Part shown: one piece after another, positions 1 to 9,212 of the stretch | Position numbering within the stretch: the first letter of the stretch is position 1 | Layout of the letters: every line of letters starts with the position of its first letter | Assembly (NCBI GenBank): GCA_028279515.1 | Contig: JANQNQ010000009.1 | Span: 194,429-258,428 of the forward strand | Direction: 5' to 3' | DNA length: 64,000 nt | DNA from: Flavobacteriaceae bacterium | GTDB taxonomy: Bacteria; Bacteroidota; Bacteroidia; Flavobacteriales; Flavobacteriaceae | The notes under the pieces: model-generated | The model's input: the letters and a program-made list of their open reading frames with translations, nothing else | Databases searched by the model: none | What the model was told of the DNA's origin: nothing | Translations under genes and position numbers: made by a program

Positions 1-610
1 TTCTAATGGAATTAGCGGTTTTTGCAAAAATTTCAATCAATTCTTGCTTAAGAAGATAGTTCCAAATTTGCCTGACAGTATCTGGACTTTCGTTTAAATT
101 TAGGATGTCGGAACTTGTTTTGCCTAAGTCGTTTTTGTTGTCGGATTCTTTAGACTGAATATTATCAACAACATCCTGTAGTGCCTTCCTTTTCTTAGAC
201 TCTTCATTAAACAGCTGCCTTAGACTTTCGAATTTCTCTTCCATCTTGTTGTACTCTTCAATTGTCACAACCGATTTTGGGTCTGTCAATTTGTAAACCA
301 ACGGTGTAAGCAAGTTCTTGTATAACCTAGTGATAAGCATACCAATGTTAATACATAGATATGTTACTAATAGTAGCACAATCGTCCAACCTGCATTTAC
401 AAGTATATCGACCCAAATATCATAACCTTGCAAGTATCCTGAAAAGGTCCGTATTTTACTATTCAGGTCCATGCCCACGTCAAAATGGAAGAGTGAAAAA
501 ATGGCCTCCCATTTGCGAATTACATAAACCAAGACATAAGTTCCTAGAAATGGGTTCTTGGTCTTTTCAAGGAGGCTGTCTTTAAGAGAATTTAGTGTGT
601 CAGGTAACAT
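1..610 (-). CDS. Hypothetical membrane protein. Partial: the start codon is at 610 and the ORF runs off the window at position 1.
   Basis: Manual reverse translation gives an open frame of >=203 codons with no stop, starting MLPDTLNSLKDS... Two hydrophobic segments are present. It is not in the ORF track because it is incomplete. Confidence 0.4.
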   Translation of the reverse strand, partial: MLPDTLNSLKDSLLEKTKNPFLGTYVLVYVIRKWEAIFSLFHFDVGMDLNSKIRTFSGYLQGYDIWVDILVNAGWTIVLLLVTYLCINIGMLITRLYKNLLTPLVYKLTDPKSVVTIEEYNKMEEKFESLRQLFNEESKKRKALQDVVDNIQSKESDNKNDLGKTSSDILNLNESPDTVRQIWNYLLKQELIEIFAKTANSIR

Positions 611-659
611 TCTACAATTTTACGTTTAATTGATTCGCTAAAAATGGGGAAATCCTCAA

Positions 660-1472
660 TCATTGATTAAAAAGATCATTCAACTCGGGATAATCAAATG
701 GCTCGATCGCCTCCGGGACATCGGTCGGGATCCTGGCATTGTTCACAGACTTCATTACTGGATGTGCTTGCAGACCTTGCGAGTATTCTGTCATCAGAGC
801 TTCCCTCACCATTTGGTCGGTGCTGCCATGATCTAAATAATCATAGAAGTATTCTGGATCCAAAATGCAAGGCTCACGACGATCATCTGGATCAGCCTTG
901 TTGTGGATTTCGGCCATGAAGTCACTCGCCGGTCTGGTCAATATCTTGAATGTATAGGTTTCGTCCCCATTTATGTTATAAATTCCAGCAAAATAGAACA
1001 GCTCATCCCTTTTTGGATATATGAGGTGCGGGTATTTATTGCCGTTGACCTCTTTTGACTCAAAGAAGCCCGATACCGGTATGATACATCGTCTATATCT
1101 TATGGCCTCTGCTGTCTTGTAGTAGTCAAATACATTCTCGGCCTGCGAATTCAGAGCATATCCACCAACCCTTCTCCAATAGTTCGGGACATCGACCACT
1201 TCCTGCAGACGGTGGTCCTCATATAGGTGGTATTCTGCAGGTCTCTCCACAAAGCCCCAAAGCATAGGTAACATGATGTGGTCATTGCCCTGTGGGATGC
1301 ATTGGTGGATGGGATGGTCAAAGCCAAAATTATGATAGCCTATCTTATAGGTAGCAGGTTCTTGCATTGTGGCACCAGAAAGCCGTTCCATTTCCTTCTG
1401 GGTCCTGGCAGTTGAAGTACTGTAACACATAGTATTTAATCGATCTGACCACAATTTAAGAATTATTATCAT
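660..1472 (-). CDS. SOS-response-associated peptidase (SRAP/DUF159-like). The likely true start is the Met-Cys at 1430.
   Basis: An internal MCYSTS... start places the catalytic Cys at position 2, as SRAP requires. The ATG is at 1428-1430 on the minus strand. Size and C-terminal conservation fit an abasic-site crosslinking protein. Confidence 0.5.
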   Translation of the reverse strand: MIIILKLWSDRLNTMCYSTSTARTQKEMERLSGATMQEPATYKIGYHNFGFDHPIHQCIPQGNDHIMLPMLWGFVERPAEYHLYEDHRLQEVVDVPNYWRRVGGYALNSQAENVFDYYKTAEAIRYRRCIIPVSGFFESKEVNGNKYPHLIYPKRDELFYFAGIYNINGDETYTFKILTRPASDFMAEIHNKADPDDRREPCILDPEYFYDYLDHGSTDQMVREALMTEYSQGLQAHPVMKSVNNARIPTDVPEAIEPFDYPELNDLFNQ

Positions 1473-1954
1473 GCCAAGGAAGCTCTCACCATGTCCATGA
1501 CGAGATTGTGAGGATCCTTCCTTTTGGTCAGGTCCTTCAGTTCATTGTCAAATTCGATGATATCGTTGTGCAAACGATATGGGAAGTCGGTGTTCTTTAT
1601 CCGTTCTCTAGCTAACCTAAGTCCCTTCAAAATGGCCTCGACAGCCATTATCCTGTTCATTCTCAAATGTTGCTCAGATGAGATCATTGGTACGCTTCCC
1701 TCCGCTATCAACTTATTGAAATAGTTAGTATGTCGTAGATCCCACTTGTTCTTTGGATCCCATTGATTGTTTGCCATGATTTTTTCCCGCAAATTTACCA
1801 TTGACATCAAAATCATGGCAAGTTTTTGATCGAGCCATTCCCGTAGTTGCAGTAAATCGTGCGCACGATTTTGATGCGGAGCATCATGAAAAATGGTCAA
1901 AACTTGGATCCTTGAGATCCGAGTTTTTCCTTCCCTGAACCTTTCGATCTTCAT
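1469..1954 (-). CDS. Hypothetical prophage protein
   Basis: 161-aa ORF whose start/stop overlaps the downstream SRAP gene. No recognisable motif. Confidence 0.4.
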   Translation of the reverse strand: MKIERFREGKTRISRIQVLTIFHDAPHQNRAHDLLQLREWLDQKLAMILMSMVNLREKIMANNQWDPKNKWDLRHTNYFNKLIAEGSVPMISSEQHLRMNRIMAVEAILKGLRLARERIKNTDFPYRLHNDIIEFDNELKDLTKRKDPHNLVMDMVRASLA

Positions 1955-2075
1955 CCTTTCCCCTTGTAACCCCTTTATATATTGAGGTTTTAAGATAGTG
2001 CTTTCATGCGGAAGCCTATATAACTATATATATTCTTTCATTTTTTTATAACACTTGTGTAAAATAGGGTTTGAA

Positions 2076-2280
2076 ACCGTGCTTTTGTGCGCATCGGCTC
2101 TCAGACCCCATGAATACTGGAAAAATGGCCGCACGATTTTAGCACGATTGCGCACGATTGCCACAAAGTGCTTAAAAATGTTAAATCGTGCTAAACTGTG
2201 CGCAAATCGTGCGCTTGTATAGCGCTGTAAATCAGTTAAATAGGTGTGATTTTTTGACCTTTCGCACGATAGCACGGTTC
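2076..2280. promoter_or_regulatory. Iteron/operator-like array of GCACGAT(T) motifs in a divergent intergenic region
   Basis: GCACGATT occurs at 2131, 2142 and 2152 (10-11 bp phasing). AATCGTGC occurs at 2184 and 2205. GCACGAT/GCACGGT occur at 2264/2272 and ACCGTGC at 2076. There is one more copy at 1863 inside the upstream ORF. Confidence 0.55.
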
Positions 2281-2380
2281 AAAAGACGATTTTAGCCGAG
2301 CCCTGTTGTCATTTCTTTTTTTCAATTCCTGAAATCGAAAAAAACCGGACCTGCGGTGCAGCTTTTTTGTCCTTTTTAGG

Positions 2381-2863
2381 ATGTACATGCAAATCTATCA
2401 TTGTAGCATGCAGTTCAACAAGAATTCAGACCTGGTGATAGACGTGTGCAAGGTACTTGCGAGATCGGTCGATGGTTCCGAGCTGGTCAACATGACCGAG
2501 ATCTATGCGACGCCCAGCAAGATGCAGCTCACTTGCAACCAGACGATGACTCCCGCAGGAAAGCTGTTCAGGACAACGGTCACCATGACCTACCCAGGGA
2601 TATCCGATGACGCTTTCGACAGATTATCATCACTTGGTAATGACCAATATCAGGTATTGGTCAAGGTCAGCAACGGTAAATACTTTGAGGTAGGCAGCAA
2701 CAAGTTTCCCATGGACATCTCATCCAACTACAATGACGCAACCGGCTTCCAGTTACGATTCACGAATCAGAGCCCTTTGGCCATCAATAGCATCCCTACC
2801 TACACGGATGCAGATATAACTGACGAGAACTTCGATTACAACTTTGACCTAAACCTTTCATGA
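2381..2863 (+). CDS. Hypothetical prophage protein
   Basis: 160-aa ORF, first gene of the plus-strand block after the divergent control region. Confidence 0.4.
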   Translation: MYMQIYHCSMQFNKNSDLVIDVCKVLARSVDGSELVNMTEIYATPSKMQLTCNQTMTPAGKLFRTTVTMTYPGISDDAFDRLSSLGNDQYQVLVKVSNGKYFEVGSNKFPMDISSNYNDATGFQLRFTNQSPLAINSIPTYTDADITDENFDYNFDLNLS

Positions 2864-2864
2864 T

Positions 2865-4490
2865 ATGTCCATAGATAACTCATTCAAGATCACCTACCCT
2901 CAAAAGACCAACGACCCGACGGATGCAGCATCGATAAGCAAGTTCTTTGCACTTGAGGCCAACGAGATCAAGGAAAAGTTCAATCGATTGGTGACCGAGC
3001 TTATCGGTCTGTTCGGGAACACGAATGCGACTCCGATGGTCGGCGTGTATACTTCGCTTTCTCAATTGAGTGCAGCGTTCCCAACAGGTGCCGGTGGTGC
3101 CTATGCCATCATCGACCCGGGTACGGGATCAGACCCGCAGATCGCGATATACGATACAAACGATAACCAATGGGTCATTGCAGGTGCAAGCGAGCTCATA
3201 ATCTATAGCGCGAACCAAGCCGCATTACCGCCAACTGGAACAGAAAAGAGACTCTATCTCACACTTGACAACTATAGCATCTTCGTATGGCACGATAGCG
3301 ATTGGCATCAGGTAGGAGGAGGGTCAGTGAACCTCTATTCGCAAGAATCAGGGAACACTATCCAATTGAATGGAGCACAATCGAAGGGCTATGGACAGGA
3401 CACACCACTCACAGGTCCATTGGTGATATCAGCAGCGGCTGCAACACCAGGACACGAGGCCTATGTCAACCATAAAGCACCCAATCTAGGCCCTATCGAC
3501 AGTCAGGGGCTCAAGTTATTGACCTATAGCGGTGAGTACGTCCCGAATGTTCTCAATCAGATCTGGTTCAGGTGCCTGAACGATGCCAAGGACATCGGGG
3601 TCAAGTATACACAACCTGATGATGGAGAGCTTTCGGAGTTCTACCTGGACGATGTGAACACCCTGTTCTACATGGGTATCAAGAAGTTGACCTCTGGCGG
3701 TCTGAGCACTGCCTTCAAGCTACATGGTAATTCCGACGAGATACAGTGGAATTCCAATAACGAAATAGCAGCGGACAGCGTCGTGGGAGGAACCACCGTC
3801 GGTGCGCTCACCGGGAACCAACTTGTCGAACGAGGGTATAACACCGCTGGGAACCTTAACACGGACTACCTGCAATCTGGCACATCGGCAATCGCTCCAT
3901 TGATCGTTAGTGGTGGCACCCTGGTCACCAAGAACGGAAAGGTGGCCTTGGACTTCAGCGGAGGGTTCAAGTATATGGAAAAAAGTTTGATATCAGGTAT
4001 GAACGAGTCAGAAGACTACACTTTTTCTGTCGTTTTAGCACCGACAATCGCAGATGGGTCGGATTGGGGACCTATCATGTGTTCAAGGCAGAACAGTGTT
4101 AGTGGAACATCACGTATAGAAATGCGTAGTGACATGCGTGATGCAGCCAACTTAGTGATATTGCAGAACGACTCCAATACTGTGTTTGTGGCCAGTCAAC
4201 CAACGGCACCTAGCAATCCGAACCTCTTCAACACGCTAGATACACGTGTGATCACCTATGTTAAGGCCGGTAAGAAAATAGATGCTTATCTCAATGGGGT
4301 ATTCCAAAGCACCTTTACCTATACAGGAACGTTCCCGAACGAAACATTTGTGATTGGAAGAAGACAGGACTCGAGGGAACTCAATGCCCTCGTACACATG
4401 GTCAAGGTCGTCGGCGAGGCCATTACGGCGGATACCGTCCTCAAATGGGCACAAAGAGATGCAATCGACTGTAACTTCACACTCAATTAG
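2865..4490 (+). CDS. Putative phage receptor-binding/tail fiber-like protein with a C-terminal LamG/concanavalin-like jelly-roll
   Basis: 541 aa. Composition is Gly/Thr/Ser-rich. The C-terminus (TFSVVLAPT...NGKKIDAYLNGV...FVIGRRQD) has the LamG-like pattern. ATGA overlap with the preceding ORF. Confidence 0.4.
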   Translation: MSIDNSFKITYPQKTNDPTDAASISKFFALEANEIKEKFNRLVTELIGLFGNTNATPMVGVYTSLSQLSAAFPTGAGGAYAIIDPGTGSDPQIAIYDTNDNQWVIAGASELIIYSANQAALPPTGTEKRLYLTLDNYSIFVWHDSDWHQVGGGSVNLYSQESGNTIQLNGAQSKGYGQDTPLTGPLVISAAAATPGHEAYVNHKAPNLGPIDSQGLKLLTYSGEYVPNVLNQIWFRCLNDAKDIGVKYTQPDDGELSEFYLDDVNTLFYMGIKKLTSGGLSTAFKLHGNSDEIQWNSNNEIAADSVVGGTTVGALTGNQLVERGYNTAGNLNTDYLQSGTSAIAPLIVSGGTLVTKNGKVALDFSGGFKYMEKSLISGMNESEDYTFSVVLAPTIADGSDWGPIMCSRQNSVSGTSRIEMRSDMRDAANLVILQNDSNTVFVASQPTAPSNPNLFNTLDTRVITYVKAGKKIDAYLNGVFQSTFTYTGTFPNETFVIGRRQDSRELNALVHMVKVVGEAITADTVLKWAQRDAIDCNFTLN

Positions 4491-4492
4491 AT

Positions 4493-5782
4493 ATGTCATT
4501 CTTCGATATCATAGACGCTGGAGCAACGGTACAGGACCCGACCGATGTTAACGTTTGGCATACAGGGTCGATTGAGATCCCTGACCTTTTACAGATCGGA
4601 TGGCAGGGCGGGCTCATAGATCCGAATGGACTCTACTTCAACGGAAAGACCTATGCAACAGGGGTCCAGACCAACAACATCGCAGGCCAGAGGAACAGGG
4701 TGGTGATCGTTCAATACGACGGAGCCACCCCCACGGTCCCGCCAATATATGCCTTTGTCGGGAGTGGTACGGACGGCCAGGACACGTTGAACCATCCTCG
4801 GCCTGCGATGTTGATCGACCCATCAGGCTACATTTGGATCTATCAGACCACCATCCACCAAACCCCCATTAGGGTCTGGAAAAGCGACAACCCTGAGGAC
4901 ATCAGCTCCTTCACATTGGTACATACGATCCCAGAGATCAATGGACTCAACTACGGATATCCGAAACCCATCCTGCAGCCTGATGGCAGGGTGTTCATTC
5001 TGGTGAGAAGCAACGACGGTGTGGGGCCAGCAGACCTTTACAACACCTTGATATTGAAGTCCACTGACGCGACACAGACCTCTTGGACGGCTCAGCCGAT
5101 CGCCGATGCAGAGCATGAGACCACGGGTAACAGGCACTACCACAATGTCTTCAGGAAATACGGCACCAACACGGTACAGATGTTCGGTACCAGTTTTCGT
5201 GCATCAGGGACCAACACATATTGGAAGCATGCCATCACCAAGACCACACTCGGTAACTATACGACCTACAGCAATGCTGCAGGGACATTCTCTAAGGACG
5301 TCGACCTTAACGGTATGATCAATGACAGCGAGATGAACGGTAATTTCGTTGTCAATTCTGCAAGCCAAAGCACCATCGAACTCGCTAGGATGGCAGGTAT
5401 CCAAGTGGACGATACCGCTTACACGTATGTCCTGAAAGAGGGCGCGTTCGGGGAGTTCATGAAGGTATCCAATACAGGTGTCGTCACCAAGGCCGATGTC
5501 CAGATCCCAAATGTGCTTACCGAGAACCAAGCGAACCTCTGTCAGCTTTGGTACAATGGCAATGACATCATCGGGGCGATCAGAAGGACGATCGGGCCGA
5601 AGACCTTCGATACCATATTCCGACTTGACAAGACCACCTTGGCCCAGACCACGATCGAGGACGTCCCACCTCGAATTGAGATGCCTCAGAACTACGACCA
5701 GATCCCGGTTGGGGGATGGTATATGCAACATCTCACCTTGAACGGTGTATTTCATTGGAAGGCAACTCAGAAGATTTATTAA
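4493..5782 (+). CDS. Putative phage structural protein (BNR/sialidase-like beta-propeller suspected)
   Basis: 429 aa. BNR-like S-x-D-x-x-x-T-S-W segment (STDATQTSW). Translationally coupled to the upstream fiber-like gene. Confidence 0.35.
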   Translation: MSFFDIIDAGATVQDPTDVNVWHTGSIEIPDLLQIGWQGGLIDPNGLYFNGKTYATGVQTNNIAGQRNRVVIVQYDGATPTVPPIYAFVGSGTDGQDTLNHPRPAMLIDPSGYIWIYQTTIHQTPIRVWKSDNPEDISSFTLVHTIPEINGLNYGYPKPILQPDGRVFILVRSNDGVGPADLYNTLILKSTDATQTSWTAQPIADAEHETTGNRHYHNVFRKYGTNTVQMFGTSFRASGTNTYWKHAITKTTLGNYTTYSNAAGTFSKDVDLNGMINDSEMNGNFVVNSASQSTIELARMAGIQVDDTAYTYVLKEGAFGEFMKVSNTGVVTKADVQIPNVLTENQANLCQLWYNGNDIIGAIRRTIGPKTFDTIFRLDKTTLAQTTIEDVPPRIEMPQNYDQIPVGGWYMQHLTLNGVFHWKATQKIY

Positions 5783-5794
5783 AAAAATACCTAT

Positions 5795-6133
5795 ATGGAA
5801 GAACTACTCACCAATTTAGGAATCAAGATCGTCTATGTTATAGGCAGTATCTGCGGTTCGGTCGTTTCGTTAATATTTGCCAAGAAGGTAAGTTATACTA
5901 AGGCCGTCATTCACTTCCTTGGAGGCTTTATGAGCGCCCTGTTCCTAACCGACCTTATCATAAAATTGATGCCCTTTTTGGAGACCACACCAGGAGCTGC
6001 AGGATTCCTTACCGGATTCTGCTCAATGGGTGTACTCGAGGGAATATTCTGGGTGACCCAAAGGTTCTCAAAGAATCCTATCGAGACAATAAAACAAATT
6101 AAAAACTTAAAAGAAGATTCAGATGACAGTTAA
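5795..6133 (+). CDS. Putative holin (small multi-TM protein)
   Basis: 112 aa with 2-3 hydrophobic helices and a charged C-terminus. It is the first gene of the lysis cassette upstream of the amidase. Confidence 0.5.
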   Translation: MEELLTNLGIKIVYVIGSICGSVVSLIFAKKVSYTKAVIHFLGGFMSALFLTDLIIKLMPFLETTPGAAGFLTGFCSMGVLEGIFWVTQRFSKNPIETIKQIKNLKEDSDDS

Positions 6134-6470
6134 CATTTTGATTTGGATCCTGCTCATGGGAAAGGCATTGTTCGTGCTTTTCTTCTTGTCAGGAGTTAAC
6201 AAGCTACCCAATGACATGTTCGGAAAGGTCGTACTTCGAACGCTCCTATGGGTCTACATTGGTGCAACCGTTGCACTATCATTGAAACAAGGGGAACCTC
6301 TGGTCCTGTTGGTGTATTCGATGGCCACCTTCTCCGTGTTGGCATATGCCATCATATTCCATCTGGTGGTCATCTTCCCGGATAACGGGATCCAAGTACC
6401 TAAAAACAAGGTGGTGACCTGGGCCGCTAGGATATTCGGCATCAAACCCAAACAACCCTCCAACGGATGA
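6123..6470 (+). CDS. Small membrane protein (holin/antiholin-like)
   Basis: 115 aa with 3-4 TM segments. Overlaps the neighbouring genes inside the lysis cassette. Confidence 0.4.
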   Translation: MTVNILIWILLMGKALFVLFFLSGVNKLPNDMFGKVVLRTLLWVYIGATVALSLKQGEPLVLLVYSMATFSVLAYAIIFHLVVIFPDNGIQVPKNKVVTWAARIFGIKPKQPSNG

Positions 6471-6718
6471 TACGTGCATTTGTCATACTATTGATGTCGT
6501 TTTTACTGGTCAACTGCTCGATTAACTTGCCTCGTAAGGATGTGGCCTTTGTCTATGATACGCAGATGAACCTGTTGGCCACTTCCGAACATGACAAACT
6601 TCAAAGAACGTTGAACAGATTGGGACTTCCCATGTACAGGGTGCAACGCTGGCGCGATGGCCGATGGGAGGAATGCATGATCGTAATGGTAGACAAGAAT
6701 GAGAACAGTAGTAATTGA
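6467..6718 (+). CDS. Small putative lipoprotein/signal-anchored protein of the lysis cassette
   Basis: 83 aa. N-terminal hydrophobic segment ending LLVNC. Overlaps the amidase start. Confidence 0.35.
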   Translation: MIRAFVILLMSFLLVNCSINLPRKDVAFVYDTQMNLLATSEHDKLQRTLNRLGLPMYRVQRWRDGRWEECMIVMVDKNENSSN

Positions 6719-7307
6719 TCCAGGACACGGAGGTATTGACAGAAATGGCCTCTACACGACAGCACCGAACAAGATGTTCCGATTCCCAGACGGAACGACG
6801 CTATATGAGGGAGTGATAAACAGACAGGTTGCTGGTCTGCTTTATCACTTATTGGATACCTATCCGAACATCAGGCCCGTATTCACGGTAAATCCTCATG
6901 ACCCACGTGACATCAGCCTCCGCCAAAGAGTGAAGGTCGCGAATTCATATCATGACAGCATCCTAATATCCATCCATCACAATGCCGGTGGCGGTAGCGG
7001 GGCAGAGATCTTCACGAATCCTGGTCAGACCAGTAGTGATAGATTGGCCACCATGATCTTTGACCAACTTAGCCCTATATATTCAAAGTATTCATTGCCT
7101 ATGAGGCCGGACCATTCCGATGGTGACCCAGACAAGGAATCGGCGTTCTATGTGCTTCGAAAGACCAAAGGGGTTGCCGTGCTTTTGGAGTACGGATTCT
7201 TCGATAGTGAACGGGACCGAAAGCTGATCACCGATGCCAACTTCCAAAAGAAGGTGGCATATGCGACCTTTCAGGCAATAAAGAAATTCGTTGAACTTCA
7301 ACGCTAG
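6699..7307 (+). CDS. N-acetylmuramoyl-L-alanine amidase (Amidase_3 family), the phage endolysin
   Basis: VVIDPGHGG and SIHHNAGGG motifs are typical of zinc amidase_3. 202 aa. Confidence 0.85.
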   Translation: MRTVVIDPGHGGIDRNGLYTTAPNKMFRFPDGTTLYEGVINRQVAGLLYHLLDTYPNIRPVFTVNPHDPRDISLRQRVKVANSYHDSILISIHHNAGGGSGAEIFTNPGQTSSDRLATMIFDQLSPIYSKYSLPMRPDHSDGDPDKESAFYVLRKTKGVAVLLEYGFFDSERDRKLITDANFQKKVAYATFQAIKKFVELQR

Positions 7308-7315
7308 ATCGTACC

Positions 7316-7501
7316 ATGGACAACAATTTTGATCAGACCATCCAAGAGATCATCAACGAACTTCCAATATCATTCGTACAATCTGTAATGGAGGAAACTG
7401 ATGTTGGCAAACTCAGGCAGAAGCTGCAAAGTCATAGATGCTACAACCGTAGGAGGCTGGTCAAGGCAAGGATAGAAAAACTAAATTATCTCGTAACATG
7501 A
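7316..7501 (+). CDS. Hypothetical small protein
   Basis: 61-aa ORF between the amidase and the spanin-like gene. Overlaps the next start. Confidence 0.3.
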   Translation: MDNNFDQTIQEIINELPISFVQSVMEETDVGKLRQKLQSHRCYNRRRLVKARIEKLNYLVT

Positions 7502-8031
7502 AAAGACTCGTATCACTATTACTGGCAGGAATGATACTTTCTGCTTGCGGACTTAAAAAGGAAGTCAAGAAGAGCACTAGAGACACTGAGGTCCAGAATG
7601 ACAAGCAGTCCATTGCAACGACCGTTACCGAAGAGAAGCGTGACGGTGGCAGTATTCGTACAGGCATATTACCAGTAGATATGAGGCCAAGGGATGAGTT
7701 CGGTGCCTTGGAAGAGTTGGTGCAGGAGATCAAGGACGGTGGCCTTACCAAGACCATCTACTACAAACCAGATGGCACCGTAGATGTCGATTGCACCGCC
7801 GATGAGATATGGACGCGTATCGAGAAGCGGCTCGAAGAACGTGACAATTCCAAGACCATTACCGAAGAATCATCCAAGAAAAAGGATGAGGACATGGAGT
7901 TCAATCCGCAGTATCTACTCTATGGACTGGCCTTGGTCATATTTTTAGCCCTGGTAGGTCTCGGTGTTTTGTTTTGGATGTCCTCTAAGCAGAGGAAGTT
8001 ATTCGAAAGTGTGTTACATAAGCTTCATTAG
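7498..8031 (+). CDS. Unimolecular spanin (u-spanin)-like lipoprotein
   Basis: Lipobox LSAC|G at the N-terminus, a charged middle region, and a C-terminal TM helix (YLLYGLALVIFLALVGLGVLFWM). Sits next to the endolysin. Confidence 0.5.
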   Translation: MKRLVSLLLAGMILSACGLKKEVKKSTRDTEVQNDKQSIATTVTEEKRDGGSIRTGILPVDMRPRDEFGALEELVQEIKDGGLTKTIYYKPDGTVDVDCTADEIWTRIEKRLEERDNSKTITEESSKKKDEDMEFNPQYLLYGLALVIFLALVGLGVLFWMSSKQRKLFESVLHKLH

Positions 8032-8094
8032 ATACGGATACCCGTAACAGTAACAGATCAGGATCTCTTATCTTACATTCTAAACTACAACACC

Positions 8095-8460
8095 ATGAGA
8101 TTATTTTCTACGATCCTTCTATTGTTATTATCGATAAAATGCCTTTCCCAGGACTTCATTTCTAAGGTGGCTTCAATGAATGGCCAAGAAGTAAAATTGC
8201 ATAGTGATATCGCCATTACGGACTCTATTATAACAATACAGACCTCTGGTCAGACCTCTGCTATGAAAGTTGCCAAATTGGCCAATGGATTCTATGAGTC
8301 CACCGAGACCAAGCCAATTACGATCAAGTTCATGTTGAACAAGGCACCTGAGAAGCATAACAAGACCAAGGGATTCAGATACTCACATACGCTAGCGATG
8401 ATCAGTGACGACAAGCAACTGATGCCGGACGTTACCTACTACTTGGTATTGAAGGAGTAA
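8095..8460 (+). CDS. Secreted hypothetical protein (prophage moron candidate)
   Basis: 121 aa with a signal peptide (MRLFSTILLLLLSIKCLSQ). Confidence 0.4.
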   Translation: MRLFSTILLLLLSIKCLSQDFISKVASMNGQEVKLHSDIAITDSIITIQTSGQTSAMKVAKLANGFYESTETKPITIKFMLNKAPEKHNKTKGFRYSHTLAMISDDKQLMPDVTYYLVLKE

Positions 8461-8510
8461 ATTCTGTTAGAAAATATCCGATAAATACGGAATATTTTCT
8501 ATATTTAGGT

Positions 8511-9059
8511 ATGTCGGCAGGTCATCAGTACATACCCTTCAAGCTTCCCAACTATCTGGGATGCTATCTGGCATCCCACATCGGTGACAAGCTGGAGACT
8601 TTCGAGAACGAACCTAACATCAAGGTTATTCCCATCACTGGCAGAAAGTTTCTCGGTAAGCTGATTCTAAAGAGCCTCATTCGTGCAAACCAACCGCGAC
8701 ACAAGACCAAGACCTCCAACTTCTACCTTAAGATCAAGAACACGGCCACAAGCAACTACAATGGGGTTCCCGATCTACGGTCGTGTTTCGCAACGATCGA
8801 TGACAAGAACATGAACCTACTCCGTGAACACATCTCAGAACTGTTCAAAAAGGAGCTCGTGTCATTCGTTAGGGGATGTCAATATGCACAATTTCAGAAT
8901 AAGGGTATCACTAAGGGTATCCAACATGATGCTATCAAGCAATTCATGATCATTTACCACATAGATTTCGACGATACGACGTTTTCAACCCTATTGAAGC
9001 TATATCAGCGAAACAAAAACCTCGCGCATCCCTTGAAGACACTGGTCTCAAAAAATTGA
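8511..9059 (+). CDS. Hypothetical protein with its own promoter
   Basis: 182 aa. An AT-rich upstream region contains a TATATTTA (-7-like) box. Confidence 0.4.
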   Translation: MSAGHQYIPFKLPNYLGCYLASHIGDKLETFENEPNIKVIPITGRKFLGKLILKSLIRANQPRHKTKTSNFYLKIKNTATSNYNGVPDLRSCFATIDDKNMNLLREHISELFKKELVSFVRGCQYAQFQNKGITKGIQHDAIKQFMIIYHIDFDDTTFSTLLKLYQRNKNLAHPLKTLVSKN

Positions 9060-9212
9060 ACACGGTTTTAGGGTAGTTAAAGCTTACCTTTTCCTACAAA
9101 ATTCATCGATTTTCAATGGTATCCAATGCCATTTTCCACTCTCAAAAAAAAATGAATTTCCATCGAAGAGATTCGACAGTCCTTTTAATAGTATCGTCAC
9201 GAAGGTATACTT

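Noticed and set aside
361-585. 74-aa plus-strand ORF
   Set aside because: It lies antisense inside a longer uninterrupted minus-strand reading frame (1-610) whose hydrophobic profile and codon usage look more plausible.
2024-2275. 83-aa minus-strand ORF in the divergent intergenic region
   Set aside because: It is composed almost entirely of the GCACGAT repeat array and has no start context. It is an artefact of the iterons.
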